From positions 1 through 15,338 of the forward strand of contig JAWABM010000001.1 in the NCBI GenBank assembly GCA_038999215.1: a stretch of DNA of 15,338 nucleotides, in the 5' to 3' direction. This document shows positions 6,966-14,135 of the stretch, one piece after another. Within the stretch, counting starts at the first letter, position 1, and every line of letters begins with the position of its first letter. The notes beneath the pieces are model-generated. The model did not search any database, was not told the DNA's origin, and saw only the letters and a program-made list of their open reading frames with translations. This DNA is from Candidatus Aenigmatarchaeota archaeon (lineage in GTDB: Archaea; Aenigmatarchaeota; Aenigmatarchaeia; Aenigmatarchaeales; JACQIB01). Position numbers and translations under genes: made by a program.

Positions 6966-6995
6966 ATTAATAACCTATGACAAATCTTAATACAT

Positions 6996-7112
6996 GCCCA
7001 GGTAGCTCAGCGGAAGAGCGTCCGGCTGTTAAGAAGCGCCGCCGCTTCATCAGCGGAAGGGCTTCAGACGGGAACCGGCAGGTCGCAGGTTCAAATCCTG
7101 TCCTGGGCGCCA
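6996..7112 (+). tRNA. tRNA-Asn(GTT) with 42-nt intron at 37/38 (7032-7073), encoded CCA; copy 1
   Basis: Acceptor GCCCAGG/CCTGGGC, D-arm GCTC/GAGC, anticodon GTT 7028-7030, T-loop TTCAAAT, G73-CCA. Splice motif: CTGT pairs with ACGG (7068-7071) flanked by 3-nt bulges TA|A and GA|A. Confidence 0.96.
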
Positions 7113-7125
7113 TAATGGTGACAGA

Positions 7126-7515
7126 ATGAGAAAAATGCTCGCAATGGCGGTTCTGGCCGCGCTTGTCTGCGGCTGCATAGGCCAGACCGGAACGGACAGC
7201 ACGCCCACGAAAGGCGTTGACTATACCAAGCAGGAAAACCTTGAAGTTGCCAAAGGCGACACGGTTTCCGTATATTACACCGGCACTTTCGTGAACGGTA
7301 CTGTTTTTGACAGCAATGTGGGCGGCCGGGCGCTGACTTTCCGGGCGGGGATGGGGCAGATGATACCGGGCTTCGACAACGGGGTCATAGGCATGAAAAT
7401 GAACGAGGAGAAGACGCTGACCCTGCCGCCTGAGCAGGCGTACGGCACAGGCAGCCACCCGCTGGCGAACGAGACACTGGTATTCAAGGTAAAGGTAGTG
7501 TCGATAAGCAAGTAG
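7126..7515 (+). CDS. FKBP-type peptidyl-prolyl cis-trans isomerase, probably lipoprotein/secreted
   Basis: GDTVSVYYTGTF.NGTVFDS, F..G.GQMIPGFD.GV.GM, PPEQAYG, L.NETLVFKV. N-terminal signal with CGC lipobox-like motif. GGTGA SD. Confidence 0.93.
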   Translation: MRKMLAMAVLAALVCGCIGQTGTDSTPTKGVDYTKQENLEVAKGDTVSVYYTGTFVNGTVFDSNVGGRALTFRAGMGQMIPGFDNGVIGMKMNEEKTLTLPPEQAYGTGSHPLANETLVFKVKVVSISK

Positions 7516-8700
7516 CTACTTCTGAAGGACGTTTATCATCCTCAATGTGCTGTGCCTTTCCTCAAAGTCCGATAGAGGGAAGGCGTGAGGGAGATTGACC
7601 CCTTCGAAGACGTCGACCTGGGCCAGGCCAGCCGCCTTGGCCAGTTCTGCCATGTCAAGGCCCATGTCCCTGCCGCCTACCCTGAAAAACGGGGATATGA
7701 CGACGGCGCGCGAGCCCTTCCTGAGCACCTTCGCGGCCTCCTTCAGGAAAGAGGCGTAGAGCGGCCTGACCTCATCTAGTATGGCTTTTGCATCGGCAAG
7801 GCATGGCCTTTCCAGAAGCGGCCTGCCCAGATAGGGCTCAGTGACTATGGCGTCGACCGAGCCCGGGCTGAAAAGGTCCGATAGCTTCTTGGCGTCGCCG
7901 TGCCTGATCTTCTCCTCAAGGCTGCCCATGCTCAGGCCATACTCCTTTTGAAGCCATTCCAGGTTCTTCCTGCAGTCAGGGACGCATTTGGGGTCGATGT
8001 CTATTCCCCTTATGTCAAGGCCCAGAAGGCACGCCTCCATAAGTATGCAGCCTATGCCGCAGAAGGGGTCCAACAGCACGCCTTTCGGCATGGAGAGGTT
8101 TATCATCATCCTGCACAGCCTCGGAGATATCGAGAATATGGTCCTCTGCACAGGCTTGCCCACGTCCCTTTTCATGAAATCATCAGGATTGTGGACAGCG
8201 ACCGTCTTCGCCAGCCTGAAACCGCCTGCCCTGAGGGAAAGGAACTCGGCACCCTTCTGCAAAAGGCGCTTTTTCAGAACTTCTGTGTGCGTGAGCGGTT
8301 CGTCCGAATGGATGTAGCCTGGGCTGAGGCCGACCTCCTTCATCCTCTGCTTGAGCAGCTCAGGAAAGAAGTTCTGGTCGGACTTTGACCCGTAAGCGCT
8401 CACCGCGAACAGGGGCTTCTCCGGAAGCCCGACGAACAGCTTCTCGAAGTCCAGGCCGTTCATCTCAGCGGAGATGTCCCGGTGACCGCGCTTGCCTGTG
8501 ACAAAGAAAACCTCGGCTATTTTAAGCGTCCCGCCAAGGCCCTCAATCATGCCTTTCGGCAGGGCCTTTGCCTCAATGACAATGAACTCGTCGGAATAAT
8601 CGGTCACCTCGAAAGCGACGCCCCTGGCCCTGAGGAAGCAGACCAGCTCTGCGGCCGAAAGGTCGAAGTTCTTGCCCAGCACGAAAGCGAATTCCGGCAT
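7516..8700 (-). CDS. SAM-dependent RNA methyltransferase, Trm11/TrmG10 (UPF0020)-like
   Basis: ISPRLCRMMINLS, LLDPFCGIGCILMEA (motif I), GIDID, GDA, DAIVTEPYLG (motif IV variant). N-terminal region compatible with a THUMP-like module. Confidence 0.8.
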   Translation of the reverse strand: MPEFAFVLGKNFDLSAAELVCFLRARGVAFEVTDYSDEFIVIEAKALPKGMIEGLGGTLKIAEVFFVTGKRGHRDISAEMNGLDFEKLFVGLPEKPLFAVSAYGSKSDQNFFPELLKQRMKEVGLSPGYIHSDEPLTHTEVLKKRLLQKGAEFLSLRAGGFRLAKTVAVHNPDDFMKRDVGKPVQRTIFSISPRLCRMMINLSMPKGVLLDPFCGIGCILMEACLLGLDIRGIDIDPKCVPDCRKNLEWLQKEYGLSMGSLEEKIRHGDAKKLSDLFSPGSVDAIVTEPYLGRPLLERPCLADAKAILDEVRPLYASFLKEAAKVLRKGSRAVVISPFFRVGGRDMGLDMAELAKAAGLAQVDVFEGVNLPHAFPLSDFEERHSTLRMINVLQK

Positions 8701-8729
8701 GCCTATTATTCAGCAGGCAATCCTTTAAA

Positions 8730-9362
8730 TTAGCCCGGCAGGGCGGGATAGAAGACGTCGAGAAGGTAGTCGTGCTTCATGCCCTCTATCTCCCTTGTCG
8801 CGACCCCCTGGCGCGCCAAGGCAGCGGCCATCCTGTCGACGCAGCCCGTCTGCTGGTCGTTCGAATAGAGGCCGCATATCTCGGCAGTCGCGCCCTTCCC
8901 CAGCAACGCCCTTATTGCAGCGGCAGCTGCGCGGAAGCCTGTCTCAGGCCAGCATTCGACGAGAACCATCTCCTTTTCCGAGATGTCCGGCCTGATGGCC
9001 CTCGGCACGCTCTTGTAAAGCTCCCTAAAGTATTCCCCGTCAATCTTCGCCCTCTTGAAGCGCGGATGGCGCAGGAAGTAGGCCATGTTCTCTCTCCTGC
9101 TGAGCCTCCATTGCGGCAGATGGACGCCCTCGGCGTCGAGCTTTATCAGGCGGTAGCTGTCATAAATTCCTGCCTCGCGATCAAATTCGTCGACATCGAT
9201 GAAATCATTGGAGTAGTTGTGCACTATTATGGTGCCGTTGCCCCTTTCCTCGCGGAGCCTCTTGCCTATCCTGCCTGTCAGCTCGCGGACGACAGAGCCG
9301 TCGCTCAGCTCGCACATGAAGTTCGGGTGCTGGACAATGAACGCATGGCCGTATTTTTTCAT
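8730..9362 (-). CDS. Hypothetical protein with weak isochorismatase/cysteine hydrolase-like C-terminus
   Basis: 210-aa ORF with its own promoter-like box. EICGLYSNDQQTGCVDRMAAALARQG loosely resembles the xxGxxxxxCVxxTA motif. Confidence 0.55.
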   Translation of the reverse strand: MKKYGHAFIVQHPNFMCELSDGSVVRELTGRIGKRLREERGNGTIIVHNYSNDFIDVDEFDREAGIYDSYRLIKLDAEGVHLPQWRLSRRENMAYFLRHPRFKRAKIDGEYFRELYKSVPRAIRPDISEKEMVLVECWPETGFRAAAAAIRALLGKGATAEICGLYSNDQQTGCVDRMAAALARQGVATREIEGMKHDYLLDVFYPALPG

Positions 9363-9379
9363 GAGAAGAGTTCGGAAAC

Positions 9380-9396
9380 AAAGGATTTATGCTTTT
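9380..9396. promoter_or_regulatory. Probable bidirectional core promoter AAAGGATTTATGCTTTT between divergent leaderless genes
   Basis: Centred about 25 nt from both ATG 9362 (-) and ATG 9415 (+). The 12-mer GATTTATGCTTT recurs upstream of thyX at 14955-14966. Confidence 0.55.
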
Positions 9397-9414
9397 CCGC
9401 CCAATATTTCCGTC

Positions 9415-10704
9415 ATGGCAAAATATCAGGTTAACATGCGCGGCAAGGACCTGGAAGGGAGCATAGACACCATAGTCAGCAGGCTCAGAAGGAGGCTGCC
9501 GGACAAGGGCTACAAGGCCGATGTCAGGAAGAACAGGGACGGCAGCATCGCCATAGACACCGAAGCTCCGTATGCCGCCGTTGACGAGGCGATGGGCACG
9601 ATAAGGCAAAACATGGTCGGGCCCAGAGGCATGTGGATGACTTACAACATCAGCGAGCTTGACGAGAACGGCGTGAAGAAGGAGGAAGAGGGGGAGGAAA
9701 GCGCGCGCCACGAAAAGGAAATAGAGAGCATCGCCAGGACGTACAACATAATTCTTCAGAAGAAGGACGAGGAGATAACGCAGCTTAACGAGGCGAAGAG
9801 GGCGCTGGTCAGCATAAAGGAGCAGAAGGACCAGCAAATAGCCGACCTGCAAGAGGAGCACAGGAAGAAAATTGCGGAGCAAGAGGAGAAATACAACAAG
9901 CTCAAGAGGGATTATGAAGCGCTCTCCAAGATGATCGAAGGCATAGGCAAAAAGGAGGCCTGCACGACCGAGGCCTGCCTCAGGGAGCTCGAGGAATATT
10001 CGCTCGCCCTCGAGTCGGCGGACGTGAAAATGGACAACGTTGACCTAGGGACGGCGCTTGAGGCGGCGAAAATGAGCCTCGACGACTGGCTCAAGACAAA
10101 CGGCGCAGATAATGCGCCTGAGCAGGAGCTTGTCAAATGGACCGACTCGGAATATTGCAAAACCGCCTTGGCAAATTATGAGAAGGCGCGCGCGGAGAAC
10201 GCATATATACTGAAAGCCAGGAGCGGGGAAGCTGGCATACCGCCGAGCCTGCTCGAGATACTTGAGAAAAGCGCGGATTTCGAGGGCAACAGGGCGCTCA
10301 TAGAGGAATTCGAAGCCAAGAAGGCCGAATACGACGCTAAGGCAGAGCTGCACGAAAAGGCCAAGAAGCTGCGCCGGGCGCATGCGAAGGGCGCCGAACT
10401 GAAGAAGGCCCTGGAAAGCATCAGCCGTGAAGTGCCGTTATACCTTGAAATGAGGGCTGGCATGGCATGCACCCTTACCCTGCCCGTCATGCAAACCGAA
10501 GAGCACGGCGCCATAGCATCCGCCATAATCGAAAGCGTTTCGCAGACAGGCAAAGGCAACCGGATGAAGAATAACGAGATGCTTGCTTTCGACCTCGGCC
10601 AGAACCCAGAAGGGTTCGACATAATCGGTATCAAGAAGGAAATCGATGATAAGCTCGGAAGGGGCTTCGGGCTGAAGGCAAGGCTCTTTGTGAACTATTG
10701 CTGA
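9415..10704 (+). CDS. Hypothetical coiled-coil-rich protein (429 aa)
   Basis: E/K-rich heptad stretches in the centre with globular ends. Start moved from 9217 (overlaps the opposite gene) to ATG 9415. Confidence 0.75.
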   Translation: MAKYQVNMRGKDLEGSIDTIVSRLRRRLPDKGYKADVRKNRDGSIAIDTEAPYAAVDEAMGTIRQNMVGPRGMWMTYNISELDENGVKKEEEGEESARHEKEIESIARTYNIILQKKDEEITQLNEAKRALVSIKEQKDQQIADLQEEHRKKIAEQEEKYNKLKRDYEALSKMIEGIGKKEACTTEACLRELEEYSLALESADVKMDNVDLGTALEAAKMSLDDWLKTNGADNAPEQELVKWTDSEYCKTALANYEKARAENAYILKARSGEAGIPPSLLEILEKSADFEGNRALIEEFEAKKAEYDAKAELHEKAKKLRRAHAKGAELKKALESISREVPLYLEMRAGMACTLTLPVMQTEEHGAIASAIIESVSQTGKGNRMKNNEMLAFDLGQNPEGFDIIGIKKEIDDKLGRGFGLKARLFVNYC

Positions 10705-10754
10705 GCCCACGAAACAGCTCCTTTTATAAGTTACTACCGCCTAATAATTATCAG

Positions 10755-11064
10755 GTGAAACCTGTGAGAGGGGATCTAGAAAATAACGGATTCTCAGGAT
10801 CTGCGTAGTTTCACCGCTAAAGTCGATTCAAAAGGAAGGATTCTTGTCCCGAAGCCAATAAGGCTGCTCTATTCCCTTGACCGAGACTCGGTCGTTTCGC
10901 TTCATGTTGCCCAGGTAGCTCAGCGGAAGAGCGTCCGGCTGTTAAGAAGCGCCGCCGCTTCATCAGCGGAAGGGCTTCAGACGGGAACCGGCAGGTCGCA
11001 GGTTCAAATCCTGTCCTGGGCGCCAAAGCTTAAAAAAGAGGCAGGGCTAATAGAAGGTGATTGA
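10755..11064 (+). pseudogene. AbrB/MazE/SpoVT-family DNA-binding domain reading frame lacking a canonical in-frame start; runs through tRNA-Asn copy 2
   Basis: Frame open 10780-11064 encodes SFTAKVDSKGRILVPKPIRLLYSLDRDSVVSLHV (swapped-hairpin signature). TTTTATAA at 10722-10729. GTG 10755/10764 lie one base out of frame; ATA 10783 follows GAGGGG. Confidence 0.65.
10909..11025 (+). tRNA. tRNA-Asn(GTT) with 42-nt intron (10945-10986), encoded CCA; copy 2, identical to copy 1
   Basis: Base-for-base match to 6996-7112 including the intron. Confidence 0.96.
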
Positions 11065-11065
11065 A

Positions 11066-12328
11066 ATGTTCATTGCGATAACCGAAATACCGAAGCATGA
11101 CGGCAGAGAAGTGGCGCTGCGCGGCTGGGTGCAGCGCAAGCGCGACCAGAAAGAGCTAGTATTCATCATACTGAGGGACGCGACCGGGACAGCCCAGCTG
11201 GCCTGCAAGGGCCTGCCTGAGGCCAAGAAAGCCACAATCGAGAGCTCTATAGAAGTCATCGGAACAGTGAAAAAGGACGAGCGCGCTCCCGGCGGATACG
11301 AGATAAAGGCCGAGAAGATCAAGATTATAGGGCTGGCAGAGCGCTGGCCAATCGAGCAGATCAAAGGCAAGGAGCTCACGGAGGAGTTTCTGCGCGACAT
11401 GCGCCATCTTTCGATAAGAGGCTCCAAGCTCACCGCAATGCTAAAAGTGCGCTCGGCCGTGTTCCAAGGGCTGAGAAAGTTCTACGAGGAGCGCGGATTC
11501 TTTGAGGTGCAGTCGCCCATATTCACGACCGCCGGCTGCGAGGGCGGGTCCACCCTATTCAAGGTTGATTATGGAAGCAAGAAGGTGTATCTTTCGCAGA
11601 GCTGGCAGCTCTATGCGGAAGCGATGATATACTCGCTGGGGAAGATATACACGATTTCACCGTCGTTCAGGGCCGAAAAATCAAGGACGGTCCGCCATTT
11701 GTCAGAATACTGGCACCATGAGATGGAGGCCGCCTGGATGGGCTTTGACGAGCTGCTCGAGTTCGAAGAGGACCTGATAATTTTCATAGCCAAGTACGTG
11801 CGCGAGCACTGCGCCGCTGAATTGAAGGAATTGGGAGCCGATTTCAAAAGGCTTGAAGGCATAAAGAAGCCATTCATGAGGATGACCTACGCTGAAGCCA
11901 CCAAAAGGCTCGGCAAGAAGCACGGCGACGACATCACGGACAAAGAGGAGCGCGAGCTGCTCAAACTGATGGGCGACGCCCCGATGTTCCTGACCGCGTT
12001 TCCGCGCGACATGAAGGCGTTCTACATGAGGCCCGACCCGAAGGACAAGAAGACCGTGCTGGCGGCGGACTTGCTTTTGCCGGGCGTGGGGGAAACCATC
12101 GGCGGCAGCGAAAGGATAATGGACGAGAAGGAGCTGCTCGAGAGCCTGAAGATGTTCGGCCTGAAGAAGGAGGATTACGAATGGTACCTTGACCTGCGAC
12201 GCTTCGGAACCGTCCCGCACTCCGGGTTCGGCCTGGGCATAGAGCGCCTGCTGATGTTCCTCACGGGAGTGCCGCACATATTCGACACCATAGCCTTCCC
12301 GCGCACGCTCGACAGGGTCACTCCTTAA
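11066..12328 (+). CDS. asnS: Asparagine--tRNA ligase (class IIb)
   Basis: OB-fold N-terminus (RGWV..KR....VFIILRD), YLSQS.QLY.E, motif 2 FRAEKSRTVRHLSEYW, GGSER, motif 3 YLDLRRFGTVPHSGFGLGIER. Start at ATG 11066 after AGGTGA. Confidence 0.9.
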   Translation: MFIAITEIPKHDGREVALRGWVQRKRDQKELVFIILRDATGTAQLACKGLPEAKKATIESSIEVIGTVKKDERAPGGYEIKAEKIKIIGLAERWPIEQIKGKELTEEFLRDMRHLSIRGSKLTAMLKVRSAVFQGLRKFYEERGFFEVQSPIFTTAGCEGGSTLFKVDYGSKKVYLSQSWQLYAEAMIYSLGKIYTISPSFRAEKSRTVRHLSEYWHHEMEAAWMGFDELLEFEEDLIIFIAKYVREHCAAELKELGADFKRLEGIKKPFMRMTYAEATKRLGKKHGDDITDKEERELLKLMGDAPMFLTAFPRDMKAFYMRPDPKDKKTVLAADLLLPGVGETIGGSERIMDEKELLESLKMFGLKKEDYEWYLDLRRFGTVPHSGFGLGIERLLMFLTGVPHIFDTIAFPRTLDRVTP

Positions 12329-12359
12329 GGTTAAATCCTTTTCTTGGCAGAATTATCTA

Positions 12360-13079
12360 ATGCTTTCGGACAGGGACATACTGAAGCTCATGGAATCGAA
12401 AGACATAGTCATATACCCGTTCTATGAGGACTGCCTTGCGCCGGACGGATACTACGTGCACATAATGCCGATAGTCAAATTCTACAGGGGGTATGGGGAG
12501 CTGAATTTCGCGGGCAAACAGGAGGATTTCGAGAAGAAGCACCTGAAGAAGGTCGATCTCTCCAACTCGGACTACAAGCTGAAAATAAGGCCGCAGGAGA
12601 GCGCGCTGGTCGCGACGTTCGAGGAGCTGGGCGTCTCGAAGAGGGTCGGAGGGAAGTTCATACCCTCGATGGTGTCCAGGGTGCCTTTGCACATCTCCGA
12701 AGGAGTGCTGGTCCCGGGATGGAACGAAAGCGCGCCCGGCGTCTATACTGTGTGCCTGACGAACCTGAGCCCGAGCAAGACAATCTGCATAGAGGCGAGC
12801 TACAAGAAGGACAACAAGGTCTATTGGGGCGACCAGATAGGAAGGATAAGGTTCGAATACCCGTCGTCCGACGTTATGAAAGGGTATGACGAGTCCGTCT
12901 ACAAGTACCCGCGCGCACGCGAGCCGCAGGCTCCGGTTTCGTGGATGAGGTTCAGCGAGCTGAAGAAGAGGGGCATGCCCCTGGACCCAAAGACAGCTCC
13001 GGAAGGCTCTAAGCTGGCCGTCGACGTCATAGAGAGCCTTGACGCGTTCTCGGAAGATGGCAAGCGGCGGAAGAAATAG
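12360..13079 (+). CDS. Divergent dCTP deaminase/dUTPase-superfamily protein
   Basis: MLSDRDI...IVIYPF..DCL.P.GY, I.PQE..LV.T.E, L.NL, GD.IG...FE and Y...KY follow the Dcd layout, but catalytic motifs are altered. Confidence 0.7.
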   Translation: MLSDRDILKLMESKDIVIYPFYEDCLAPDGYYVHIMPIVKFYRGYGELNFAGKQEDFEKKHLKKVDLSNSDYKLKIRPQESALVATFEELGVSKRVGGKFIPSMVSRVPLHISEGVLVPGWNESAPGVYTVCLTNLSPSKTICIEASYKKDNKVYWGDQIGRIRFEYPSSDVMKGYDESVYKYPRAREPQAPVSWMRFSELKKRGMPLDPKTAPEGSKLAVDVIESLDAFSEDGKRRKK

Positions 13080-13110
13080 GATTATTAAATCCCCAATACA
13101 ACTTCTAAAT

Positions 13111-13231
13111 GGGCCCGTGGCTTAGCATGGATAGAGCGCCTGGCTTCGGAGCACCCTTTTAAGAAAAGGCTGCACCGAAAAACCGCGGAGAAACCAGGAA
13201 ATCGGGGGTTCGAATCCCTCCGGGCCCGCCA
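13111..13231 (+). tRNA. tRNA-Arg(TCG) with 43-nt intron at 37/38 (13150-13192), encoded CCA
   Basis: Acceptor GGGCCCG/CGGGCCC, anticodon stem CCTGG/CCAGG, TCG 13146-13148, T-loop TTCGAAT. BHB: CTTC pairs with GGAG (13187-13190), bulges GG|A and AA|A. TTAAAT upstream. Confidence 0.96.
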
Positions 13232-13368
13232 AACCTTCTTTGACAAAGAAGCTTTACCAAAAAACGAAAAACACGCATTAAAAGAAAGAGTTTCGAAACA
13301 TCCTTTGCAGGAGAAGAATGCTTAAATACCGCCCAAGCGACCATCTGTATTCCAAGGAGGTGAAGCAG

Positions 13369-13566
13369 ATGAGGCATGAATCAGGGCTCAGCGAAAAAAC
13401 CAAGGAAATAGTCCACAGGATGCTCGACAAGGGATACAACACCACATCGATAGCATGCTACATAGGCGTGGACCAGGCAAGGGTCGACACGGAAGTGAGC
13501 AATTACAAACATTCGAAGTCCGATGGATACATAAAAATCGCGAAGGAAGCATTGGGATTCGCATAA
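13369..13566 (+). CDS. Small helix-turn-helix-like protein (65 aa)
   Basis: Strong SD AAGGAGGTGA before ATG 13369, TTAAATA at 13322-13328. EIVHRMLDKGYNTTSIACYIGVDQARV fits an HTH pattern. Confidence 0.6.
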   Translation: MRHESGLSEKTKEIVHRMLDKGYNTTSIACYIGVDQARVDTEVSNYKHSKSDGYIKIAKEALGFA

Positions 13567-13587
13567 TTCTCATGATTTTTCGGCGGC

Positions 13588-13610
13588 ATTTTTTCTTTTT
13601 TTTCATTTTT
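13588..13610 (+). terminator. Oligo-T archaeal terminator-like tract
   Basis: TTTTTTCTTTTTTTTCATTTTT-type T runs about 20 nt after the HTH gene stop. Confidence 0.55.
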
Positions 13611-13702
13611 GCAGGATTGTTTTATAAAATTCCTTATAATTTATAAGGAGAGAAATATTTATTGCACAATACAAATAGCTTTTAAATGCGTTCCGCAAGA
13701 AA

Positions 13703-14074
13703 ATGATGCGGATTGCCATGAAAAGAATAATCCATACGCCATCTTTGTCAAACAAGATAGCCACAGGATTGGACATGGGAATAACCTTTGCTGTCGAGCA
13801 GGTCGGGATGACATTGCACCTTCCTTTCTGGCATCCTGTGATACTGGGCGGCGTAGCTGGAATAACCTGGGCGCTCTTCAAATGGAAGGACGACATAACA
13901 AGCGCCTTTGTGAGCACGATTGAGGCATTCCAATTAAGGGAAGGCTATGCCTACAAGAAGCCGCAGCACGTCGTGCTGTTCGACAAGTGCAGGCAGAAAC
14001 TTGTCACCAAGCCTGTAAGGAGAAAATACAGAGGCCAGCCCATACTCCTTGTCGACCAGGACGGGGCGAACTGA
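13703..14074 (+). CDS. Hypothetical protein with one hydrophobic segment; may extend to 14139 via a frameshift
   Basis: 123-aa ORF after TTTTAAAT box. A protein-like tail (ELSEAEVHKRVLDALEPMLKDMN*) lies in the -1 frame. Confidence 0.55.
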   Translation: MMRIAMKRIIHTPSLSNKIATGLDMGITFAVEQVGMTLHLPFWHPVILGGVAGITWALFKWKDDITSAFVSTIEAFQLREGYAYKKPQHVVLFDKCRQKLVTKPVRRKYRGQPILLVDQDGAN

Positions 14075-14135
14075 GCGAGGCCGAAGTGCACAAGCGGGTG
14101 CTGGACGCGCTCGAGCCTATGCTGAAGGATATGAA

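Noticed and set aside
6977..7129. 50-codon ORF reading through tRNA-Asn copy 1 and ending in ATGA at the FKBP start
   Set aside because: Its ATG lies upstream of the start predicted from the TATA at 6958-6965 and it has no domain. It also shows that this GC-rich tRNA is easily stop-free, which tempers the read-through argument for copy 2.
7113..10908. Provirus or integrative element between the tRNA repeats
   Set aside because: No integrase, replication or capsid gene, and the cargo looks housekeeping. Kept only as a duplication finding.
10817..11026. Minus-strand ORFs containing MAPRTGFEPATCRF (also within 6967..7458) and 13159..13377
   Set aside because: Antisense translations of tRNA genes.
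11057..12328. Non-discriminating AspRS instead of AsnRS
   Set aside because: RAEKSRT.RHL.E.W and YLDLRRFG.VPHSGFG fit AsnRS better than archaeal AspRS (QSPQLYKQ, GMPPHGG).
13455..13923. Several short ORFs across the AT-rich spacer (13388..13606, 13455..13646, 13603..13917, 13609..13923)
   Set aside because: They translate T/A tracts and overlap better-supported genes.
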